Assembly (NCBI GenBank): GCA_026391255.1 | Contig: JAPLDU010000096.1 | Location: forward strand, 3,777 to 67,776 | Reading direction: 5' to 3' | Length of the DNA stretch: 64,000 nt | DNA from: Bacteroidia bacterium | Lineage (GTDB): Bacteria; Bacteroidota; Bacteroidia; Bacteroidales; JAPLDU01 | Shown: one piece after another, positions 16,797-25,668 of the stretch | How the letters are laid out: each line of letters begins with the position of its first letter | Numbering within the stretch: the stretch's first letter is position 1 | Notes under the pieces: model-generated | Told to the model about the DNA's origin: nothing | Databases searched by the model: none | Seen by the model: the letters and a program-made list of their open reading frames with translations, nothing else | Position numbers and translations under genes: made by a program

Positions 16797-17337
16797 GTTA
16801 TCAACAGAAAAAACGGTTATGAACAAAAGAAAAAAGAAGCAAAAAAGAAAAAATGTTAATACCGAGAATAACTCGAAGAGTTATTTCCCGTTATTAACAC
16901 CTCTACATCATCATCATCTTTATTATTCTAATAATTCAACTAAGAAAGCCATTCTTGTGGTCTGACAAATGGGGAGTACTTTACATTGCTCATTGAAAAT
17001 TGTGAAGAAATTTTATTCAATGCCGGACCAGGTAAAAAATACTCAAGAATAAGGGAAGGACTATTAGGGTGTAAAACAGGAAGGCATATTATTTTTTATA
17101 GAGAAATAGTAGAAAATGAAATTGAAATTGTAAGAATTCTCCATGAACAAATGGATTTAAAGAACAGAATAAAAGAAAAATAACCCCACATAACAAAAAG
17201 AAATTGAAAACCACACAATCCGCCACTGCTCATAGCTGCCGGCCGTTGTCAATAATTGACAAAAGTGGGTTTAACCCTAAACCAGAGGGTGTATTCCGTT
17301 TGCTAAATAACATCAGTATTTTATAGTTACATTTGCC

Positions 17338-17406
17338 TAAGCGTCCTGGCAAGTACATATTCCTTACTTTATCAGGTGGTACACTTTGCTCCGGAATTAG
17401 TGGTCC
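17338..17406 (+). repeat. IS66-type terminal sequence, solo copy 3
   Basis: taagcgtcctggcaagtacatattccttactttatcaggtggtacactttgctccggaattagtggtcc. Confidence 0.55.
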
Positions 17407-17436
17407 ACTTTGAACCGGCATATATAAACTTCTTTT

Positions 17437-17600
17437 CCCTTAAAAAAGGTCGATGATAATTTATAATATTTACCTCTTTTTTACCACATAGACACAGTAG
17501 ATACATAGTAAGGCACATAGTTTATATCCGGAATTATCATTGCAAATAAAGGTTAAGTTAAGTCTATGTGCAGCCTATGTTTCTATGATACTATGTGGTA
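17437..17600 (+). repeat. about 160-bp hairpin-forming element, copy 2
   Basis: It aligns end to end with 13174-13332. Confidence 0.75.
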
Positions 17601-17640
17601 CATTAAAAGGATTATAAAAGTTTATATTGTCAAATTTATC

Positions 17641-17712
17641 GTAAGCCTCCGTGCAAGTACACAATCTTGACTTTGTCAAGTGGTACACTTTCGCCAGGAA
17701 TAATTTTGTGAA
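17641..17712 (+). repeat. IS66-type terminal sequence, copy 4 (still joined to a transposase 3' remnant)
   Basis: gtaagcctccgtgcaagtacacaatcttgactttgtcaagtggtacactttcgccaggaataattttgtg. Confidence 0.6.
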
Positions 17713-17715
17713 TTA

Positions 17716-17790
17716 CCTTTCCCGGTTGTGTGGAAGGAGGCTGCCGGGTTCTGGTATTCTGATATCATGTAACCAAAATATCCCTTACCT
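17716..17790 (-). pseudogene. short remnant of the 3' end of an IS66 transposase gene
   Basis: ggttgtgtggaaggaggctgccgggttctggtattctgatatcatgtaacc aligns with 13478-13530, which is inside the IS66 C-terminal fragment. Confidence 0.45.
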
Positions 17791-17854
17791 TCATAATAAA
17801 CAAAAAATACTTACCAAATTGGTAAATTTATTTTATTAGTTGTATTTTTGCATC

Positions 17855-18154
17855 ATGAGAATTATTGCTTTCAGGAGGATAAAAGAATTTTGGGAACACC
17901 CAGAATATACTGATTCTGAGGTATCATTACGAGCATGGTATCATGATGTCAAAAATGCAGATTGGGAAAATTCAAACGGACTTAAACAGCAATACGTAAA
18001 CGCTAGTATAATAGGAGAAGTCAGGGTTGTTTTCAATATCAAAGGTAACTGCTACAGGCTGGTTGTTGCTATAGATTATGAATTTCAGATCATATTTATC
18101 CGGTTTATCGGTACACATAAACAATATATTAAAATTGATGCTAAAACTATATAA
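17855..18154 (+). CDS. higB: HigB-family type II toxin (mRNA interferase)
   Basis: MRIIAFRRIKEFWEHPEYTDSEVSLRAWYHDVKNADWENSNGLKQQYVNASII...CYRLVVAIDYEFQIIFIRFIGTHKQY. The ATG at 17855 is preferred over the upstream TTG. Confidence 0.8.
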   Translation: MRIIAFRRIKEFWEHPEYTDSEVSLRAWYHDVKNADWENSNGLKQQYVNASIIGEVRVVFNIKGNCYRLVVAIDYEFQIIFIRFIGTHKQYIKIDAKTI

Positions 18155-18156
18155 TA

Positions 18157-18507
18157 ATGGAAATCAAACCTATAAAAACAGATAAGGACTACAACGAAGC
18201 GATTAAAAAAATTGAAATGTTGTGGGGCGCAAAGAAAAACACATTAAAGGGTGATGAATTAGATTTGCTTTGCACCTTAGTAGAAGCTTATGAAATGAAA
18301 CATTTTCCTGTATTACCTCCAGACCCTGTTGACGCTATTAAATTCAGAATGGAGCAAATGAATATGACAAAAACAGATATGGCGAAATACCTTGGTAGTC
18401 AAAGCAGAGTAAGCGAAGTATTAAATGGGAAAAGGCATTTGACTTTGAAAATGGTAAAATCATTGTACAAAGGATTAAAAATACCTGCAGAGATATTGCT
18501 GGCATAA
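18157..18507 (+). CDS. higA: HigA-family antitoxin (XRE HTH)
   Basis: The HTH is MTKTDMAKYLGSQSRVSEVLNGKRHLTLKMVKSL. It starts 3 nt after the higB stop. Confidence 0.85.
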   Translation: MEIKPIKTDKDYNEAIKKIEMLWGAKKNTLKGDELDLLCTLVEAYEMKHFPVLPPDPVDAIKFRMEQMNMTKTDMAKYLGSQSRVSEVLNGKRHLTLKMVKSLYKGLKIPAEILLA

Positions 18508-18524
18508 AATTGAAATATTTTAAG

Positions 18525-18712
18525 TACAAGAAATTACAAATTTCAATCCGCCAAGGCGGAACAAATAACAAATAAATATCAATCGAAAAAATGACAAATT
18601 CAAAATAGCTTGTTTCGTATTTGAAAATTTGAAATTATTTGTTTTTTGTAATTTGTATTTTGGATTTTTTTTACAAAACACGTCAAGATTTCAGAATTAA
18701 GATATTTAAATC
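18525..18712 (+). repeat. about 200-bp palindromic intergenic element (family P), copy 1, lacking the left terminus
   Basis: acaagaaattacaaat...caaataaatatcaatcgaaaaaatgacaaattcaaa...tttgaaaatttgaaattatttgttttttgtaatttg...cacgtcaagatttcagaattaag aligns with copies at 42093, 54971 and 60858. Confidence 0.8.
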
Positions 18713-18737
18713 TAAAAGCCTAAAATCAATATTTCAG

Positions 18738-20132
18738 ATGGGAGTTTACGGGTCAGTAAAATTTAAATCAGTATGGATATTCATTTTGTTCATATCTTTT
18801 GGACTGGTTGTTTATGGGCAAAAGAAAGATTTAAATGCCCTGCTTCTCAATGCTGCCTTTGATGATAAGCTTACACTGGCCGACAGTCTTTTGAAAGCCG
18901 GGGCAGATGTAAATACCATTTCAGTCGAGGGAATTACTTCCTTGATGTATGCTGCACAAAGTGGCGATACCAACTTGGTCATATTGTTTATTAATTATAA
19001 TGCCCTCATTAATGCAAAACCATTTGACGGTGTATCTGCATTGATCGCAGCCGTCAGAAGTAATAAACCGGCAGCAGCGGAATTGCTGTTAAGAAATAGT
19101 GCAGAGATTAATGAAATGGACTATTATGGATGTTCCGCATTAATGTATGCATCGGCATTTGGTCTTGATACTATGGCCGATATGCTCATGTATTATGATG
19201 CAGATGTGAATATCCGCTCATCAGTTGACAGTTCATCGGCATTGAACATGGCTGCACTTACTGCTAACGTTGCTATTGCTCAGAATCTTCTTGATCATGG
19301 GGCCGATGTTAATTCAGCAGATCTTTTTGGTTATACTCCTCTGATGATTGCCATACAGAATAATGATACAGCAATGGTCAGCCTTTTTTTGAATCACAAA
19401 GCTGATGTAAATAAATTCAACTCGGTTGGCTATAATGCATTGCATATTGCCTCAGAAAAAGGATTCGCCGATATTGTTTCGAGGCTGATTACCAAGGGTG
19501 CCGATCCCCATCAGCCATCCCGGGCAGGCATGCTTCCACGTGAGATTGCAAGCATGAATGAGAACTATGATGTGGTAACTGTCCTAAAAAAAAACGGCGC
19601 CGGTTTTGATTACCGCCCCCGGTTTAATAAGCTGGTATTTTCGTTTGACGGTGATTTCAACCTGAAAGATGTTTTTTTGGGTGGTTATGCAGGAATTAAC
19701 GAAGTGAATTACAATACTCTGTTCTGCCTGGGGTTCCTGACACGTGCCGGTGCGCTTCCTGTACTGGTAAGAGATACACTGAACCATTACTATCAGTTTA
19801 TGGAAAACCGTTCCTTCTTCTACGCTGGTGTCGTGAAATATATTAACATCCGCAGAAAAAATAATATTGCTGAAGGTATTTCGATCGGCGCCAGGGAATT
19901 GTTTACTTATGGCAGTTACCACGGGACATACCAGATGCCGGCAAGTATTTTCCTTTTTTCCCCTCAGCTGGGATTATATGTTAAATGGAAACATTTTGGG
20001 ACTGAGTTAAAATATGAATACGTTGATTTTAAGATTGATAAATCATCTCCCCACCGGATAGGACTAAATCTCTGGTTTGCCGTTAATATTTTCAGGAAAA
20101 AGAACAGGGATAAAGTGATTGACTGGGTTTAG
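18738..20132 (+). CDS. secreted ankyrin-repeat protein with a non-ankyrin C-terminal domain
   Basis: A signal peptide follows the ATG at 18738 (MGVYGSVKFKSVWIFILFISFGLVVYG). There are about 7 ANK repeats (e.g. GITSLMYAAQSGDTNLVILFINYNALINA, GYTPLMIAIQNNDTAMVSLFLNHKADVN). The last roughly 170 aa are rich in aromatic residues and Gly, and could form beta strands. Confidence 0.75.
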   Translation: MGVYGSVKFKSVWIFILFISFGLVVYGQKKDLNALLLNAAFDDKLTLADSLLKAGADVNTISVEGITSLMYAAQSGDTNLVILFINYNALINAKPFDGVSALIAAVRSNKPAAAELLLRNSAEINEMDYYGCSALMYASAFGLDTMADMLMYYDADVNIRSSVDSSSALNMAALTANVAIAQNLLDHGADVNSADLFGYTPLMIAIQNNDTAMVSLFLNHKADVNKFNSVGYNALHIASEKGFADIVSRLITKGADPHQPSRAGMLPREIASMNENYDVVTVLKKNGAGFDYRPRFNKLVFSFDGDFNLKDVFLGGYAGINEVNYNTLFCLGFLTRAGALPVLVRDTLNHYYQFMENRSFFYAGVVKYINIRRKNNIAEGISIGARELFTYGSYHGTYQMPASIFLFSPQLGLYVKWKHFGTELKYEYVDFKIDKSSPHRIGLNLWFAVNIFRKKNRDKVIDWV

Positions 20133-20289
20133 CTAAATACAATTTGAAGATTTGAAAATTTGAGGATTTGAAGATGAATAGGATTAATTGATTAGTAATT
20201 GTCAATGGTCAATTGTTATCTACAATTACTATTTTCACATTATTAAAGATCATGATTTTTCATTTTCAAATTTTCAAATCTCCAAATTT

Positions 20290-23200
20290 TCAAATTATAT
20301 TTCCTTCGGATTTCCTCAGTTTTTCAAGATGTTCTTTTTTTGCCTGGTCACGTAACCTGCGTGCTGTTTCGGTATGATACGAATGCTTCTCGATAAATTT
20401 TATCTGAGTTTTGTTCCATTCTTCCAGTGATTTCACCTTTTTCCTTTCGGATAATTCAAGGAAAAGGTTTTTAGAATGAACTTCAAAATCTTCCCGGCCT
20501 AAATAATCCAGGTCCGAATCACAGAGTATCTGTTCCAATTTGTTGACGGGTTTGGGCGGAAAACGTGTTGACATGATCAGTTCCCCTATTTTACTTATCT
20601 GTTCCTTGGTATACTGGTAAGCAGGTAAAATTTCCCCTGCCATTTTTACTCCGAAAATTTCGTGTTTGTCATAAGCTATGCTAAATCCCATATCATGAAA
20701 TAATGCGGCAGTTTTTAATATCAATTTATCTTCTTCGCTGATATTCTCAGCCTCACCGATATATTCCACCTGAATCCCCACATCAATGGTATGTTCAACA
20801 CTATGATAGTAAAGGTTCTCAGGGAGTTCCTTCCTCATCTTTTCCAGCATTTTCTCTTTCAGGTCTTCAAAGCGCAACATAGCCATCATTGTATTGAACT
20901 TCTGATTGGGTGCAATAGGTCCTAAGCCGGAATCAATAAGATCAGGTCTTATTCCTTTTACAAAGTACATATCAATGAATCCCTTGTACTTTACTGATAT
21001 TTTACCTCTTGGTTCACATATGAAATAGTTTTTAACCAGCTCATATGTTGAATCTGAAATGTTGATCTCCCCACTTTCACATAATGATTCCATACGATTG
21101 GCTGTGTTTACCGTGACGCCATAAATATCATAAAGGTATTTTTTCCTGCCGATAACACCGGCTATTACACTTCCGGAATGTACACCGATACGCAAACCCC
21201 AGCCCTGAAATTTTCCTTTGTCATCAAAACTGAAAGTCCTGACAAAGATTTGCAGCTCAAGGGCAGCAAGCACAATGTCAACCGGATTGGTACTGTTCTT
21301 TTCCGGGACTCCGCCTGCGCACATATACCCGTCGCCAATGGTTTTAATCTTCTCAATATTATATTTCTCAATGATCAGGTCGAACTGGTAAAATAGCTCA
21401 TCCAGCCTTTCTACCAGAATATCGGGGTTGAGTTCCTGTGATATTTTTGTAAATCCCTGAATATCAGAAAATAATACGGTTACAAGGTCGAATTTTATCG
21501 TAGATGCCTTTCCTTTAAGTTTTAATTCCTGTGCAGTCTGATTGGGCAACATGTTCACCAGAAGATCTTCTGCACGTTCATTTTCCTTCAGCAGTTCTTC
21601 GGTTCTTTCCCGGATGATGGTCTCAAGATTGGCTTTTACCTTTGCAAACTGGTAAGTTCGAATCTTAATAACCATTAGCACGAATGAAATTAGCAGGATT
21701 AAATAAATCAGATATGCCCAGATGCTACGATAATAGGGTGGTTTGATGATAAAGTGGAAAACAGCTTCATCTGTAAGTTGTCCATAAATGTCGCTCGCTT
21801 TTACCCTGAAAACGTATTTTCCTTCAGACAAAGACGTGTATTCTTTTACATTACGGGTACTCCAGTCTGACCAGCTCTTATCGTAATTTTCAAGCAAATA
21901 CTGGTACTGAATATCATTTTCGCTTTCATAATAAGGAGCAGCAAATTCAAACAGTATTGAAGACAGGTTGTGAGTTAAGGTAACTACACTTTTGTAATTA
22001 TTGATGATATTGTCGCCTAATACATTTAATATTACCGCATTAGAAAAAAATGAAGAGTCTTTACTGGTCACTATCCTACTGATAAAACAGGGGATATCTA
22101 AATTTGTGTCCTTTCTCATTTGCTGATAATCAAGCCTGACAAGCCCTTCATCACCACCAAACCAAACAATTTGCGAATCAGGGAAAATTGTTTCGACGCT
22201 GAAATCTTTCAGTTTGACTTCCGGCAAGGTTATTATTTTGTATTTTTTTCCTGTTCCGGCATATTCCGCGATACCTGTCTTTTTATCGTATTTGTAAGAC
22301 ATGGCGTAACTAAACCAGATGTTTTTTCTTGAATCTTCTGCTAAAGGAAATATCCGGTAATCCAGGTTTTTTTGTTCAGGATTGAGTAAACTGTCGGGAA
22401 AGAACCATGCTTTGTTTTCATCATAGGTATAAAGACCTTTAGGGGTAGAAAAAATAACTCCGGATGATGTACGGTAAACATCATTACCATGTTCATCGGA
22501 AGGTAAACCGGCTGAGTTCATATATTGTCTTACCGTATTATTGATCTGGTAACCCCTTGAGCAATCTACCCTGAATACACCGTTATAATCTGTTCCAAGC
22601 CATAAGTTACCATTCGATGTTTCTGCAATGGTTCTCACTTCACAATTCACACCACGCAATCTTCCGAGAGTTTCCCATTTTGTTCCCAATAGCCTGAATG
22701 CCTGCAGTCCGTTATCATCAACCGAATAAATTATTCCGGGAAATAACCTGGATGCAAGGATAGATCTGACTTTTTTGCCATAAACCTGTCTGACTTTTTT
22801 CTGGTCAGCCTGGAATATTCCTTTGCTTGAAGTGATATACAACTGGTCTGAGATAATATAAAAATGATAACATTCGGCATTAATTCCTGAAACAGCTTTG
22901 AATGTTTTTTCGTTTCTGAAAGTATTGCCTGAAAGATCATAGATATTTTCGTCAGAATGTACTGAAACACCATGATTTGTAGCAATAAATATATTATCAT
23001 GCCAACGTATTATAGATGATATGCTACCTTTTATCCCATAATTTTTATCAAAAAAAGTAAATCTCGAAAGGTACTCTATCCTGCTGATGCCATTATTTAA
23101 AGTCACCCACAGATTTCCGGCCTGATCAATAAACATGGATGTTACAGCATCATCATAAAGGCCGTTTTGTTTATTCAGATTAGAGATCAGATGTCCAAGG

Positions 23201-24117
23201 GCATCGATAAAAACGATACCTCCGCGTTTAGTTCCCAGGGCATAATATCCACCACTCAGGTACAAGCCACAAACCAATTCATTTTTCTCAATAAACTCAT
23301 CCACATCTGTGTGAATTATGTTGAATTTATTCCTTGAAAATTGCACCAGGCTCTTTTGACCCTTAATCTTGATAAGGAATTCGTCATCACCTGAAGGTAA
23401 TATCTCAGATATCTGCTTGCCTTTGAACTTATCGCCATTCACCATCAGGTTAAAATGCCCCTGGTCGTATATCATAAGACCTTTTTCGGGATTATTCAGA
23501 AAAACACGGGGGTTGCTGTTTTTTCCATCAGAGTTGCTAACTTTTAATAAGGAATAGGTGGAATCAATTTTTGAAATTACTTCGAATACATCGTCAGAAT
23601 ACCGGTACAACCTGTCTGCTGTTGAGAATAATACCTCCTTGTTTATACAGATTATTTTATCAATCTGCCCAAAATTGCGCAAAGGAGGCTCAATCCTGGT
23701 ATAAAGTGAGTTTAAAAATGTATTGTTCTTCGAATAATAATCCAAGTAACCAAACTCATTGCGTCCTCCGGCATATACCCGTCCATGCCTGTCCACATCA
23801 AGAACAGGATGACCTTTCATGTTGATCAGTTTCCAGTTTACACCGTTGAATTCAAGAATACCATTCATGTTTCCGAAATAGAGAATAAAACGTGCATCCT
23901 GAGTAACAGAAAAGTTCTGGCTTTCATATCCGTATTCTCGAGGGCTGATATTTTGAACATAGGGTTTTCCCGTTTCTGAATGTTGGCAAAATGAGTAATT
24001 ATCAATGATGCAGATAATTAAAGAAAGCAGGACTAATTTGTTAAAATAATTCGTCAATTTATGAAGATAATATTTGGTCATGTTTAAAATTTGTCTTATT
24101 TTCAAACGGTCATTCAA
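20290..24117 (-). CDS. periplasmic beta-propeller/Y_Y_Y sensor fused to a class III adenylate/guanylate cyclase and an HD phosphohydrolase domain
   Basis: It has an N-terminal anchor and a long propeller-repeat region. The Y_Y_Y region is YQYLLENYDKSWSDW...GKYVFRVKA and the TM helix is IWAYLIYLILLISFVLMVIKI. Cyclase motifs are VTVLFSDIQGFTKIS and KTIGDGYMCAGG. The HD motif is HSVEHTIDV...AALFHDMGF. Confidence 0.8.
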   Translation of the reverse strand: MNDRLKIRQILNMTKYYLHKLTNYFNKLVLLSLIICIIDNYSFCQHSETGKPYVQNISPREYGYESQNFSVTQDARFILYFGNMNGILEFNGVNWKLINMKGHPVLDVDRHGRVYAGGRNEFGYLDYYSKNNTFLNSLYTRIEPPLRNFGQIDKIICINKEVLFSTADRLYRYSDDVFEVISKIDSTYSLLKVSNSDGKNSNPRVFLNNPEKGLMIYDQGHFNLMVNGDKFKGKQISEILPSGDDEFLIKIKGQKSLVQFSRNKFNIIHTDVDEFIEKNELVCGLYLSGGYYALGTKRGGIVFIDALGHLISNLNKQNGLYDDAVTSMFIDQAGNLWVTLNNGISRIEYLSRFTFFDKNYGIKGSISSIIRWHDNIFIATNHGVSVHSDENIYDLSGNTFRNEKTFKAVSGINAECYHFYIISDQLYITSSKGIFQADQKKVRQVYGKKVRSILASRLFPGIIYSVDDNGLQAFRLLGTKWETLGRLRGVNCEVRTIAETSNGNLWLGTDYNGVFRVDCSRGYQINNTVRQYMNSAGLPSDEHGNDVYRTSSGVIFSTPKGLYTYDENKAWFFPDSLLNPEQKNLDYRIFPLAEDSRKNIWFSYAMSYKYDKKTGIAEYAGTGKKYKIITLPEVKLKDFSVETIFPDSQIVWFGGDEGLVRLDYQQMRKDTNLDIPCFISRIVTSKDSSFFSNAVILNVLGDNIINNYKSVVTLTHNLSSILFEFAAPYYESENDIQYQYLLENYDKSWSDWSTRNVKEYTSLSEGKYVFRVKASDIYGQLTDEAVFHFIIKPPYYRSIWAYLIYLILLISFVLMVIKIRTYQFAKVKANLETIIRERTEELLKENERAEDLLVNMLPNQTAQELKLKGKASTIKFDLVTVLFSDIQGFTKISQELNPDILVERLDELFYQFDLIIEKYNIEKIKTIGDGYMCAGGVPEKNSTNPVDIVLAALELQIFVRTFSFDDKGKFQGWGLRIGVHSGSVIAGVIGRKKYLYDIYGVTVNTANRMESLCESGEINISDSTYELVKNYFICEPRGKISVKYKGFIDMYFVKGIRPDLIDSGLGPIAPNQKFNTMMAMLRFEDLKEKMLEKMRKELPENLYYHSVEHTIDVGIQVEYIGEAENISEEDKLILKTAALFHDMGFSIAYDKHEIFGVKMAGEILPAYQYTKEQISKIGELIMSTRFPPKPVNKLEQILCDSDLDYLGREDFEVHSKNLFLELSERKKVKSLEEWNKTQIKFIEKHSYHTETARRLRDQAKKEHLEKLRKSEGNII

Positions 24118-24159
24118 AAGTAAAAATTTAACTGTAATTTTACGTGTGAATTAATAAAT

Positions 24160-25023
24160 ATGATGATGGAAAATAACAAAAAGCCGATGATTGTACCATG
24201 GGATTTCACTCATGAAGCTCAGTATGCACTTGATCATGCTGTCAGAATCGCCAAAATACTTGATAATGATATTACTTTGGTTCATATTATAGATGAAGGT
24301 GGAATGCTCTCTAACAAATCTGGTATTAAGAAAAAAATTGAAGAAGCCACAGACAGGTTAAATGAAATTTCTGAAAACACATACAGGGAACATGGAACAA
24401 AACCTATGTTCATTGTCAAACAGGGCAATATATACAATACCATCAATGAAATTTCCAATGAGTTGGAAGCCAGAATGGTGGTTATGGGAACGCATGGATA
24501 CCGCGGTATTGAAAAATTCACCGGCAGTAAGGCGTTAAAGGTCATTGCCGGTTCCAAGATACCTTTTATGGTGGTTCAATCTCCTTATGAATACAGGCCA
24601 TATAATGATATTGTTTTCCCGGTTGACCACAAACCTGAAAACAAGGAAAAATTAGTCTGGGCAAATTACATGTCTCATTACTTCGGGTCCAAGATCATGA
24701 TTATAATACCAAATCATTCTGATGATTTTCTGAGGAGAAATACGCTGGCAAATCTGAATTTTGCAAAAAAATATCTGGAGGAAAAGAATATCAGTTATGA
24801 AATTCATTATGCAAATAAAAAGAAGAAATTCAGTGAGCAGATGGTTGAATTTGCCCAACAGGTAAATACCAACCTGATCCTTATCATGATCACAAAAGAA
24901 ATTGGTTGGCAGAATTATCTTTTCGGTGCTGATGAACAGACAATAATTGCCAACAAAGCTAAAATTTCTGTTATGTGTGTCAATCCACGAACTGATCTTC
25001 GCAGGGGTGGGTTTAACCAATAA
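24160..25023 (+). CDS. tandem universal stress protein (UspA family)
   Basis: It consists of two Usp-like halves (IVPWDFTHEAQYALDHAVRIAK...VVMGTHGYRG, and a second half ending ISVMCVNP). Confidence 0.75.
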   Translation: MMMENNKKPMIVPWDFTHEAQYALDHAVRIAKILDNDITLVHIIDEGGMLSNKSGIKKKIEEATDRLNEISENTYREHGTKPMFIVKQGNIYNTINEISNELEARMVVMGTHGYRGIEKFTGSKALKVIAGSKIPFMVVQSPYEYRPYNDIVFPVDHKPENKEKLVWANYMSHYFGSKIMIIIPNHSDDFLRRNTLANLNFAKKYLEEKNISYEIHYANKKKKFSEQMVEFAQQVNTNLILIMITKEIGWQNYLFGADEQTIIANKAKISVMCVNPRTDLRRGGFNQ

Positions 25024-25035
25024 TTTCTTCGTCTT

Positions 25036-25668
25036 TCAGATTGTCCAGTGGCTGGGATCCTGGCGCCATTGTTTAAGTATTTCCAGGTCTTCTTTTTTAA
25101 TGTAATTGATGGCCAATGCGGTATCAATGAGGGTATCGTAATTGCATAAAGACAAATAATGACAGTCAGCATCCAGGAAATTTGATGCAGCTATCTCAAA
25201 CTGGTACGAAAAGATAGCAATCAGCGCAGTAACATTCAATCCGGCTTTTCTTAATGCATGAACAGCTTTAATACTGCTGCCCCCGGTAGATATCAGGTCT
25301 TCAATGACAATAACCTGTTTGCCGGGCATAATCTCGCCTTCGATCAGGTTTTCCAAACCATGATTCTTGGGTTCAGACCGGACATAAATAAATGGCAGAT
25401 TCAAAGCATCGGCTACCAGTGAACCATGAGCAATTGCTCCTGTAGCAATCCCTGCTATCATACCTGTTCCCGGAAATTCTTCCCTGATCAGCTTTACAAA
25501 TGCATTTTTAACTATCTCCCTTGTTTCAGGGTAGGATAATATTTTCCTGTTATCACAATAGATGGGCGATAACCAACCTGATGCCCAGGTAAATGGCCTG
25601 TCAGGGCTCAGTTTTACTGCTTTAATGTGAAGCAGGTGCTCTGCAATAATACTCGCTGTGTCGTTCAT
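25036..25668 (-). CDS. pyrE: orotate phosphoribosyltransferase
   Basis: It has the PRPP-binding motif VIVIEDLISTGGSS. The 210-aa length and overall match fit PyrE. Confidence 0.9.
   Translation of the reverse strand: MNDTASIIAEHLLHIKAVKLSPDRPFTWASGWLSPIYCDNRKILSYPETREIVKNAFVKLIREEFPGTGMIAGIATGAIAHGSLVADALNLPFIYVRSEPKNHGLENLIEGEIMPGKQVIVIEDLISTGGSSIKAVHALRKAGLNVTALIAIFSYQFEIAASNFLDADCHYLSLCNYDTLIDTALAINYIKKEDLEILKQWRQDPSHWTI

Larger units (their letters stand above)
15618..16983 (+). mobile_element. intact IS3-family insertion sequence (1366 bp) with imperfect terminal IRs and a 3-bp target duplication (CAT)
   Basis: The left end is ta.a.tactcccca..t..tc.gaccac and the right end is its reverse complement (gtggtctgacaaatggggagtactttа-type). 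CAT occurs at 15615-15617 and at 16984-16986. OrfA and orfB are in the 0/-1 frame arrangement. Confidence 0.85.
15512..17183 (+). pseudogene. ParE-family toxin gene split by an IS3 insertion (exons 15512-15617 and 16984-17183)
   Basis: The 5' part reads MKKLRFTNKAVEDLTQIWDYTLNNWSEKQADIYYS. The 3' part reads LLIENCEEILFNAGPGKKYSRIREGLLGCKTGRHIIFYREIVENEIEIVRILHEQMDL. Removing 15618-16986 (the IS plus one copy of the target duplication) restores one open frame. Confidence 0.8.

Noticed and set aside
16651-16965. A 104-aa ORF lies in the 3' part of the IS3 element.
   Set aside because: It overlaps the orfB C-terminus out of frame, then runs through a poly-A/K-rich non-coding tail before the right IR. 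No third gene is expected in IS3.
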